Of a DNA stretch of 64,000 nucleotides, positions 1 to 10,790 are shown piece by piece (within the stretch, counting starts at the first letter, position 1; every line of letters begins with the position of its first letter). This DNA is from Phallusia mammillata (Eukaryota): assembly GCA_965637545.1 (NCBI GenBank), contig OZ281501.1:11532001-11596000 (forward strand). Direction: 5' to 3'. Below the pieces are notes generated by a model, which worked only from the letters and a program-made list of their open reading frames with translations, was not told where the DNA came from and searched no databases. A program made the position numbers and the translations under genes.

Positions 1-172
1 GTTGCAGTGAAACAACACAATTAGGATCAAATTAAAGTGGGATTAATGCAATGTCTGTGCATAGGATCTACATCTTAAATAAGCTTAGATAAACCTATCA
101 CTTGTGTTCAGACAAACAATGTACAAACTTACAGAGGCAACATATTTTACATTTATTGGCATTTTTAGAGCA

Positions 173-232
173 CAATCATCAACACATACCAATAAATGTT
201 TGCAATCATCAACACATACCAATAAATGTTTG
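173..232. repeat. Perfect 30-bp intronic tandem duplication
   Basis: caatcatcaacacataccaataaatgtttg occurs twice, at 173-202 and 203-232. Confidence 0.85.
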
Positions 233-382
233 ATATTTTACTTAATTTCCAGGCAATGTTCTTGTAACTTTTTTAAAAATATTTAAAAAGCAAACAGTTT
301 CTGCACAACTAAATGCCCAACTCAGTTAACGCTACCTAAATTGGCAACGGGAATCTTCTATTACTGTATTTGTACCATATAC

Positions 383-3300
383 CTTCACATGTCCATCCAT
401 CGCCGGAATAGCCTTCATTGCATGTGCATGTGTAAGACCCATCTGTGTTCATGCATGCGGCGTTTTTGCTGCAATTATTGTTTTTGAAAGCACACTCATC
501 AAGATCTGTCAACATTTTTTATTTTGCTTTTTTTGGCAGCCGTCATTTGTCAAAAAATGCGTTATAAATGTTTGTTAATATTTCACTTAATTTCCAGGCA
601 ATGTTTTTTGTAACTTTTAAAAAATATTGAAAGCACACAGTTTTTGCACAACTACATGCCCAACTTAGTTATAACCACTTAAATTGGCAACGGGAAACTT
701 CTAATACTGTATTTGTACCATATACCTTCACATGTCCTTCCATCACCGGAATAGCCTTCATTACATCGACATGTGTAAGACCCATTTGTGTTCATGCATG
801 CCGCGTTTTTGCTGCAATTATTGTTTTTGGAGTCACACTCGTCAACATCTGCAAACAAATGTCCCTTTTTGTTCAACTTTTGCAACCGCAATTTATCAAA
901 AAATGCGTTATATTGGTGACATCAATGATAAAACAGATGCAAATTAAAAACAAACAAAAATAACAACATATTTTTAGGGTTCTTGCATCACCCATCTTTT
1001 CATGTAATAGTAACTACGAAAATTAACAAATCACATACCTTCACATGACTTTCCGTCACCCAAAAAGCCTGTTTTGCACATACATGTGTAAGATCCCTGG
1101 GTGTTGTTGCATGTGGCGTTACTGTTGCAATCATTTGTGCTTTTAGGAGAACACTCATTGACATCTATTTACAGCCGCAACATTAATAAACAAGACCATG
1201 GAATTTATATTTTAACATTGTTGCATTTTCTATACCGATGGCTTCGAAACGTTTCATTATTTTATTTATAACTGGCTCTTCTTAACTTTTTTAAACCAGC
1301 TGTCTAAATTGAATGTATTCAGCTGAATATCTATTCAAGCATAATGAAAGCTCAACTTAACAATGATTCAAAAGCTGTCTTGCTTGTATTCACCAAAGAT
1401 GATCAGGTTGTTAACGTAACCAACCCAAAATAACCTGCAGGGAATATTGCTCGGCAAATTGTACCGATGTACACACAACTCAACGCTCCTATAACTGCGC
1501 CATATGATTAATATCATAGTTTACAAAAATATTGTGAGCTATTGGCGTTTCCACCGAAATCGCTTTGCGAACCCCAGTTTGGGAACCGTTGTTAAACCGA
1601 GTAAACAACCGAGTGTACTGTACCTTTACATGACTTTCCATCACCAAAATACCCATCTGTACACGTACATGCGTAAGATCCTTCTGTGTTAGTGCATAAG
1701 GCCTGTTTGCTACAATCATTGGAGCTTTCGGATTCACATTCATTGTTATCTGGCAACAAATTATTTTAAGTGTATATGTAACTGTCATCAATGTGTGCAC
1801 ATGAGGTTTTGGTTGATTTTCAGGTTATATTTGATAAAGTAGGCTTTTGGATTAAAAAAAAAGGATTTTCCTGCAAAAATTATTACCTGTACTTCACAGT
1901 AACTACTAAGAATGGTCAGTATTTGTAATGCAGGGACAACTCAAACTTTTGTAAATCATACGTCTTACCACTGCAATTAAATCCATCTCCCATGTATCCC
2001 CTTTGACATACACAGAAATATCCTCCTGGGTAGCTAGAACATATTCCGTGCAAGGGGTCGCATTTATGGACTCCTTGCTTGCATTGGTCAATGACTAAAA
2101 ACGCATCGTATTACTTTAAATTATAATACAAGAAACAAAAATCGCTTTTAAATGGTGTATATCAGGGGTCGGTCGGCAACCCCTGGCACGCGTGCCAAGG
2201 TTGGCACACGAGGTGGTCAACCGATATGCCTGTTTTTATATTGAAGTAACAATTTAACCTGTTACACTGCTTGTTTATAGTTTTTATCATGCCATTGTCT
2301 TAAAATTCAGCAATAAATGCACAAAACACTCTGTTTTCTCTTTATTGTTGATATCTTCTGGCACGAACCACTATTATTTATAGAAAAGGGTTTGGCACGC
2401 GTGGTCATTAAAACATGGAAACAACAAATAAATATGCACGCGTCGCCTAAAAGGTTGCCGACCCCTGGTGTATATAATAGACTTTGAATATTTTCAACCA
2501 CTCCTGATTCAACGAAACGTTGGTGACCCCTGTAAGCAAAATATACTATATATTCCTAAACTGTGGTCCGCGAAGCGATTCGGCAGGACAGCCAAAAGCT
2601 TGTTGCTTTGTACATCCTTATTTCATGTGATATTTATGTATATGTAATTAATATATATTATGTATTAGAATAATATAGGACACATCTTCCACAAAAGGCG
2701 TGTTTGCAAGGGGTTTCTGCAAAAGGCTTGTGTTGTTTCTGTCGCACCGCTTCACATTATTATTTAACTAGTTGAGATGTTAATTGTTAACGTATTAGCA
2801 CAACTCTCCCAGCAGATACCAAAACGACCTTTTGGTCAAGTGTTAAAGACTGTATTTTTCTGCTGACCTTGACAATGACTTCCGTTTCCGTGGTAGCCAT
2901 TTCCACAGGAACAGTTAAAAGAGCCGAGTGTGTTGATGCAGTTTGCCATTGTGTGACAGTTGTCGAGGTCAGCGTGGCATTCGTCTACGTCTAAACAGGT
3001 CACAAAACTCACCATGTTCAACATTCATGCAATTTTAATCATGCCGCCATTTTAACATATTGCCACGTGGCAATTGTTTGTCATTTAACTTCTATTTATT
3101 TTTTGTTACAAGCTAAGGTTAGACTAGTGAAAACATTACCAGTGCACGAAATGCCATCCCCGCTAAATCCAGTGTTGCAACTGCAGAGAAAAGATCCGTC
3201 TGTGTTTTGGCAAGTTGCGTTTTGGTGACAATTGTGCGTGCTTTCCTCGCACTCGTCCATGTCTAAAATTACACCTTTTAGAAAAGTTTAAACACTGGAT

Positions 3301-3790
3301 ACGACAATTCTTACCGGTGCAGGTGTATCCATCTCCACGAGAACCTGCTATACAGGTACAAAAATAACTGCCGGGGTAATTGTTGCATTGTCCATACTTT
3401 GCATCACAGCCGTGTGTTCCCTGTAGACATTCATTTACATCGGCGACTGCTGTAAGCATAAATGCAAAGAATGTAATTCTGGACAGGATGTTAAACTACA
3501 AAAGCCTATACGTAACTAACAACCAGCATAAATGTTTCTCAGTTTTTGCACATTCAGCAGATGGGAAATAAGTTAAATAACTTGTAATAACGAAGAGTCG
3601 GTTTTGGCCGAATGCTATCGTTTAAATAAGCAGATTTGTGATGCATACTTTATGCATACTTTATGAAATCTCCTACACAACTATTGTTCAAAATTTCAAA
3701 CCATATTTTTAGAGTCGACTGCAACTTACCAGCTGATGAGACGTGGATGCAAAAGTAAAACACGACTGCTCCCAAGAAATACTTCCACAT
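383..3790 (-). CDS. Secreted tandem calcium-binding EGF-domain protein (fibrillin/nidogen-type EGF array); 5' part only, continues off the left edge
   Basis: Signal-peptide exon 3790-3730 ([20 protein letters not shown], then GTAAG donor). Eight phase-1/phase-1 AG..GT exons follow: 3449-3315, 3262-3140, 2990-2868, 2094-1969, 1749-1624, 1164-1039, 848-726, 505-383. Each encodes one six-Cys EGF of the D(V/I)(D/N)EC...C.N..GS(Y/F).C.C..G(Y/F).G.G..C type. Confidence 0.9.
2163..2467. mobile_element. hAT (Charlie/Buster-type) MITE in an EGF-gene intron
   Basis: Ends CAGGGGTCGG...CCGACCCCTG; perfect 8-bp TSD gtgtatat on both sides. Confidence 0.9.
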
Positions 3791-4468
3791 CCCCAGGCAC
3801 TGCAGAAAAACGTAATACTTTACTTAATATGTTAGATTCTATCGTCTATCGCGTTACGGGGCAGCTTCTTGATCAATAAACTTATTATTATGGACTAACA
3901 TATTACCTAAGCTGCCCTTCCGTTATATAGCAATCTAAACGCCTCCCACAACACTTAGAGATCTTGCAGCAATACGTTTACGTCTAAATTAAGTATTTGG
4001 AGCCGTCAAACGTGGGGGTTGTTATTGGTATTTCTGGTAACTGTGTGGAGTTTAGTAGGAGCAATACTGTGACGTGTTGTTATTTTCGTTATTCCTCTGC
4101 CCTGCAAACAACATGACGCTGGTATGCGGTGTTACAAGCTGGTTGTGCATCAAAAATATTGTTATTTGCACCGACCCGTTGGTAGACAACCAGCTTGCAA
4201 CATTCAAACGTCAAACATGATGTCAATATGTAGGAGAATAAAACGTCACAAAACTGAAAACGTTTAATAGCGCAATAAATAGAAAACAGACCATAAGATC
4301 CTAGAAATCGACGACTATGTTACAAATACTGCTGTTGTATAATGCTACACCTATAAGTTGAAATTTTTTCCTGATAAAAATTAGATGGTTTGTAAACCAT
4401 TTAATTGGACGTCAGACTCTTTTTTGGGGTATACGGTATTTTCAGGGCCGCGGTCTACAGAATAAGCC

Positions 4469-4629
4469 AACTTGTACAGAGTCATTTTTGGAGTTATCTA
4501 TTGTTGCATTGACTCAACACCGCTTTTATCGCCGGTTTGCCAGCAAGAAGCAAAAAATGACGCACGCGAAGAGGCTGATCATCATTGGTGGCAAAAGTAA
4601 ATAACGCCAAAAAATACTCCGTACAAGTT
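4469..4629. repeat. ~160-bp element with 29-bp imperfect terminal inverted repeats (possible MITE)
   Basis: aacttgtacagagtcatttttggagttat versus the reverse complement of ataacgccaaaaaatactccgtacaagtt (25/29 match); no clear TSD. Confidence 0.5.
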
Positions 4630-4778
4630 GACTAAAAGAACCAAGTTTAGGGCTAAGTTTGCACATTTTAATTTTTTCTGTAGAGCGCAGCCCTTTGGTC
4701 GCCAAAGCACACTGTTTTCAGTTTCGTGTCCTACACAGCAGTAGGGTTACAACCATTCCATTACTTCAAACCCTAAAA

Positions 4779-5612
4779 CAGGGGTGTCCAACCTTTTTGG
4801 CCAAAGGGCCACATGCGGTTTACGAATGATTGCGCGGGCCCATTGAGTGTTTACTGCTAATTTGTAATCTTAGAAACAGCTGTCTTATAATTTCTAATGA
4901 AAATCCTCACACCGAAATTCTAATCTTACAAATGTGTGTTATCCTTGTTTACAATTGTAAGAACAATAAACACACCAAGATATAGTTAAGTCTACAAAGT
5001 TTTTCCCACACATCGACATTTCAATGTGAAGTTTGGCACTGTTTTTCTCTAACAAGTTTGGCAATATTCGGTGATATGGACGATGTAGCAATGCGAAGCG
5101 TGTTATGCATATGGCTATAAAAAATAGCGATCTTACAGAGGATTTGAAGTCACATGTCAATCCTTTTTGAAATATTCTGTTATTAGCGTTACTTGCTTTT
5201 TGTTTCCTGGTTGACATAATCTGTGTCACTGCAGAGTGTGAAAGATATTTCACTGCTAAATGCGTTTTGCGCGAGTCTCTGATACCAGATGTACTTAAAT
5301 GAGGCAAGAAATATTACTGACCGACTCTTGAAGCACGCCTATAAGATTGTGACGTAACAATGTAAAAATTGTGATGCGTAATAATGTGCATTGTGGCGAA
5401 ATAAAAGCAACTTGAACAGTTGTGTATTGTTACTCCATTAACGAAGAAATAAAGCAAACGATAAATGTCAATTGTTCCGAATGAAAGTTCGCCATAGATT
5501 ACGTAGGCTATTTAGTTGACAATATGAGTCTTTTTAAAAAATGCCGCGCGGGCCACTCAGAATCTTCCTGCGGGCCACATGTGACCCGAGGGCCACGGGT
5601 TAGACACCCCTG
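4779..5612. mobile_element. Non-autonomous hAT (Charlie-type) element
   Basis: TIRs CAGGGGTGTCCAACC / GGTTAGACACCCCTG; subterminal gggccac(atg) motifs; degenerate 8-bp TSD ccctaaaa / ccctacga. Confidence 0.8.
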
Positions 5613-6067
5613 CCCTACGATAAGAAAATTTTAAGTAAATTAATTTGTGATTTGGACTGTCCAACAGTCGTGTTTAGAAAGTGAAACCCAACGAAAATCT
5701 TACATATACCTTTTATGAAAGCATATTTACAATCTGTTTTAAGTATTTTATTTAGAAGGCAACTAATTTTGTAACGGTAATTTGCTTATTAAAACGTCTT
5801 TATGTTTTATTATGAAGTTTTGTGCTTATTTGGACATCGTTGTGCTTTGATGACAATTGCAATTGTGAGGTGGACTACACCAAAATACTCTCACGAGATA
5901 TAAAAGTCCCGTCGATAGTCTTGGATCAATCCTGTGAATCAGGGGTGGGCAACCTTTGTCACTGTGGCTGTGGGGCCAAATACAATTGCAATAATTAGAT
6001 CGCGGGCCGCACCTTTATATAACACAAAATGATTTTACTTCGTTGCATATTAAAAATGCCTCACTAC

Positions 6068-8502
6068 CACGGGCGCAAATCCCGGAAGGGAGGGGGGGGG
6101 ACATGTCCCCCCAAAAAAATTTGGTTGGGGGGACTTCCATTCATCTGTCCCCCCAATATTTTTAATACCCTTAAGCTAAAAATAAGATATAAGTCTATTG
6201 TTCAATATCACACAAATCTAGTGGCATAATACTACTTCACAATTCACATTGTTGTCAACAATGGAACTCAATCGAATTGTTTCATGTCTGTGCAAAAAGC
6301 TTGACGATGCATTCAGTTGATGGAATATTTGCGGCCCTACAAGAATAATGTCTCAAAACGTTAAACGGCTTAAAGTTAGTAAGATAGAACAGTATTTCGT
6401 TTCCAACGCAGCGAGTGGAAAAACATACTTGAGGAAGTAGATAAGGACAATTCTGCAGTGCCTGAAAGTGTTTTACTAGAGAAGGAAACAGAAATACTCA
6501 AAGGCAAAAACAGTTCCACAACAACAGATGGGGGAAGCAACTCCTGTGTAACAGAAATAAATTCTGCGGATCTTTTGTCACAATCCTGCCCGAACCAACC
6601 AAAAGATGTAAGCCATTTGCCAGCAAAGAACTGCGGCGGTAGATTTTTAAAATTTCAAACCAAGTGGTATGTTTTATTCCCGTGGATCCATTGCGTACCA
6701 GGTGTTAATGGGGTGCTCTGTTTTATTTGTTCAAAAGCAGACAAACTGGGCTTGTTGCACGCAGTTCAAAAAAAGAACCTGCGTTTATATCAGACGGTTT
6801 TCGAAACTGGAAAACGGGAAAGAGTTCATTTGATTTGCATCAACTAACAGAAACACATATCTTTGCCACCATGCAACTAGATGCCATAAAGCGGAAGTCT
6901 GTTGCACTTCAAATAAACACAGGCTTTAACGAACAACAAGCTGCCGCCAGGCGATCGCTGATGAAATTGTTCACGTCTTTGCGATATTTATTGCGACAAG
7001 GCCTTGCTATCCGAGGCCATGACGACGGAGAAGGAAATTACCACCTAAAACTTCGTGCTGAAGATAGTGCCGAGTTTAAAGAGTTCCTCCAGCGAAAAAC
7101 CAACTTCACATCATTTCGTGGTCAGCAAGAAATGACACAAATGTTCAGTCACTTTATTTTACGAATTTTAGCGTCTAAAATTAAAGCCAATGGAATGTTC
7201 GCAGTGATGGTCGACGGCACACAAGATATTTGTGGAAGTGAGCAGGAGTCTGTTTGCATCCGCCATGTCGATTCGGAGCTATGTGTACATGAAGATTTTC
7301 TGGGTCTGCACAAAATGCAGCAGACAACTGAAGATGCAATTGCAAGGATAATTTTAGACGTTCTGACTCGATTTTCCCTATCTGCTGGTCAAATACGTGC
7401 ACAAACGTACGACGGAGCCTCAAATATAAGTGGGAAGTACAATGGGTGTCAAGCCGTTATTAGCAGTCAGTACCCTCTCGCTACATATTTCCATTGCCAG
7501 TCACACTTGGCAAACTTGGTTATGCAGGAATCAATTGCAAGTTGTCCGTTTTTCAGGGACGTCGTCCAATGGGTCCATGAACTCGGCGTGTTATTTAAGA
7601 GATCAGGAAAGTTTAAGGTAATGCGACGTAACTATTTTATATGTGTTTTTGTGTGTGATTAATAAATCATGATTAATGTTTGCAGGTTATGTTTGAAAGC
7701 GTCGTTGCTTGTAGTACGGAGCTCATCAATACAAAAGCATCGATTCGGCCGCTTTGTCCAACTCGTTGGCTTTGTCGATTGTTGGCAATGTTGTCGGTAT
7801 TGGAAAATTATTCTGCTGTAACAGTTACAGTGTAACTGAAAGTATTCGCGGCATGTCGGAGGGGAGTACAGATTCTGCCACCAAAGCCAATGCCCTTTTA
7901 AATCGTTTTGAGAAAACCGAAACTTTCTTAGCTTTATACCTTGTTAAAAAACCAATAGCTCTGCTGGAACAACTAAACAGCTCGATGCAGGCATCTTCTT
8001 CAAATTTATCAGGTAGTAAATTGTACCAATTTTTAGACACAGAATGCTTAGGTTTGTATGTTATGCAGGTTCAATAGAGGCTGTAGCGACATGACTGAGA
8101 AGCACGACTACCCAGGTTCGCTTAAATCATCTAGCTGTTTGTCACGTGCATTCAGACTTACTCGATCAAGTACCGGTTGAAGAAAACACTAAAGAGTTTG
8201 TTGCTGTTTCGGAAATTCGTCGAAACATGTTTGGACATATTTGACAACAAAACTGATTATGTGTCATAGATATTTTCGTTTCTCATTTTGTTGTTTGTCA
8301 ACAATACACAAAACATGCTAAAACTTAAAATCTGTTTTCTTTTTTACTCCTTGAGTTTGCTGCAAAGGTTTCGAGGCAACGCATTGTCTGTTATCAAATA
8401 AAATCTGTTTGGTGACGTCATGACTTCCCCAATCGAGGTGACGTCATCTACTCAGATCAGTCATAGCCCCCCCCCAATAATTTTAATGGATTTTCGCCCC
8501 TG
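6068..8502 (+). mobile_element. Nested, internally decayed hAT (Ac-type) transposon
   Basis: TIRs CACGGGCGCAAATCC / GGATTTTCGCCCCTG (13/15); 8-bp TSD ctcactac / cttactac; carries transposase remnants. Confidence 0.85.
6458..8092 (+). pseudogene. hAT transposase pseudogene (ZMYM1/DUF4371-like) with spliceosomal introns
   Basis: TTF-type Zn finger (KWYVLFPWIH...LCFIC), frameshift near 6770, catalytic motifs VMVDGTQD and QTYDGAS, CQSH (CxxH), CPTRW. Introns at 7618-7685 and 8013-8068 restore the frame; the C-terminal dimerisation region is missing. Confidence 0.8.
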
Positions 8503-9527
8503 CTTACTACAAGTAAAATTCGTATTTGATTCTCGCAGCATATTGCCAAGTCGTATAGAAAAATAGCACAGGCGCACTAATCTGCTCAAAAATATATAAT
8601 AATTGGACTCGTTTGCCAGTACATTTGGAGTCCAAGTGACTTCGCGGGCCGCACAACCTTTAATCAAGGGCCGCATGTGGCCCGCGGGCCGCAGGTTGCC
8701 CACCCCTGGTGTAAAGGCTTACTAAAATTGCGTATTTGGCGTTGTTTTTGTCGGACACTGATGGTTTGCTTTTCTTTAGTGTTGTATAGTGTTTCGTAAT
8801 ATCGGGTTTCGTGAAAGCTGTTTCCAAGAACAAGTGCTGGTGTTCATTACAACCAGTGGCGGCTCGTGCCTAAAATTTCTGGGGGTGCTGCTCCAAATTT
8901 TAGCCTTTATTTAACATATATAAGTTGGCAATATATAGAAAAGCCACATTTCTAGATTTCCAGCCATTGTTTTGTGTAGAAAAACAAGTAATACAAATCT
9001 TAATTGGTAATTCCATTGTGACGTAATTTTCGTTACGCATTAATGTGCACGAGTGTAAACAGCGGACAGTATCATTGGGGAATTTTGTTTACTTGCATGG
9101 CAACGGGCCAAACTCAATAACAAGCGGCAATAATGTGGCACAAAAACACACGTGACACAGACACGAAACGAACGGATGTTAATACGGTAAAACGCAACAA
9201 CAATATATATTAAAGTATTTCAGTTGGCCACATTTAAGAATAACTGGTTATAACAATGACCACTGACTAACAGACTTGCTATTCAGTCATTAATATGGTC
9301 ATGTTTCATTTGAGTAACTTATGCACAGTCATTGTTTCAACATATCTCATGACACTTCACAGATTATTGCCACACAAAAAACTAGCCATAAAGCTTTTTA
9401 TTGGTATCATAACTGACAAACTTAACAACCACATTACATTTGTGTCAGAACTTGGTTATTTAAACATCTTTTCTTTAAATTTTTGTGCACACTACAGACT
9501 AATAATTGTCTTTTAGTTTGCTTATAA

Positions 9528-9711
9528 TTCCTTTTTTTAAAGTGCAATACTCCTCCAAGCTTTGAAATTTACAACACTCTTACTTAAATTTAACCCATAT
9601 GATTAAACCTTGTGCTTCCTTTTTTAAAGTGCAATACTCCTCCAAGCTTTGAAATTTACGACACTCTCATTTAAATTTAACCCATATGATTAAACCTTGT
9701 GCTTCCTTTTT
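9528..9711. repeat. ~88-bp tandem duplication inside the hAT element
   Basis: ttcctttttt(t)aaagtgcaatactcctccaagctttgaaattt...aaccttgtgc repeated about twice. Confidence 0.8.
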
Positions 9712-10104
9712 ACAACCACCATGAATCATAAAGTTATAGTTTGGGCAAAGTAGTTGATAGCTTCTTCCTTGATTTCCAAATGACAACTAAGAAAGTATAC
9801 TGTTTAGAGAAACAGTACATGTCCATTATATCAATACACATGATTGCACTTGGTTGCAAATACTGTCCACATGGTGTGAAACCAAAACTTAAAATGGCCA
9901 TCACTCGGTTATTTCAAAAATTCCTGTTGCTTCTGCAATTGTTTGTTCTGCGTTTGATATTGCCTGAATTCCAGTGAGGCATTTAACTTCACAGTCACAG
10001 AGCTATTTTTTCAGTAGCATTCAGAACTAAAACTGAGTATTTCTTGTTGTTGCCTATTCCTGCACGACATATTTGGAATAGCAGATGTTTTATCCCATTC
10101 TGTC

Positions 10105-10731
10105 TGTTACGTCGTTTTCGCCAACTGTTGTGAACATAACTTTGCCCAGCAAAACGTATAACAATTGTCCTGTGACGCAACAGTTAGTGTTCCATTGCGT
10201 GACAATTAATGTTCTAATGCGTGACGTCAATTGCCTGTGTACTGTGTATGTTGCAATCATTTGTAACTTGCCTCGTGGTGTACGTTTGTAAACTGCTGAC
10301 AGGCATAATTTGAATTGAAGCCATCAATCTAAACTTTGATACCTTTATTTAGCAGCTAGAAAGTATAAATAAATTGCTGAGTTGATAAAGCTGCATTTGT
10401 GAATCATTTTGCTGGTAAGTTTGGCTTTGTACTGTAATGTGAAGTTTTGTTCTAAAACTGTAAATGTTTGGTTATTTGTGCAGGATTTGTTCGGCCTTTA
10501 AAACATCATTAAATACCAAAACCCCTGTGGCCAAACAGTCGGTATGTTTACTTGTTGTGTTTCGAGTGCGATTTGTGCTTTATACGTTTTCGTTTTCATT
10601 CGCAGAAAAACCGGAATTGACCATACCATTAAAACGAATTGTCGTTCCTTTATGGTGTCCGCGTTTTTTATTGAGCCACATTGTGTGACGTTTTCGTGAA
10701 AACAGGGGAACACGCGACAGAAAACGTTACA
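10105..10731 (+). repeat. 5' LTR
   Basis: TG...CA ends; TATAAATA at 10364; ATTAAA at 10508. I found no differences from the 3' LTR by eye, and the ORF-track translations of both copies are identical at a constant 6487-bp offset. Confidence 0.95.
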
Positions 10732-10790
10732 TAAAAGTTTTTCGACTGGCCGACTGTCAATTGTCTAGTACCAACGCAATCACGACGAAG

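Larger units (their letters stand above)
5940..8708. mobile_element. Charlie-type hAT MITE (~330 bp) split by a nested hAT element
   Basis: TIRs CAGGGGTGGGCAACCT / AGGTTGCCCACCCCTG; gcgggccgca subterminal motifs at both ends; TSD degenerate (ctgtgaat / gtgtaaag). Confidence 0.75.

Noticed and set aside
4939-5307. 122-aa minus-strand ORF
   Set aside because: Lies inside a non-autonomous hAT element, with no recognisable motif or splice context.
9700-10080. Possible transposase remnant on the minus strand (…LEIKEEAINYFAQ…)
   Set aside because: Resembles a hAT C-terminus but is short and stop-ridden; I cannot support it without a profile search.
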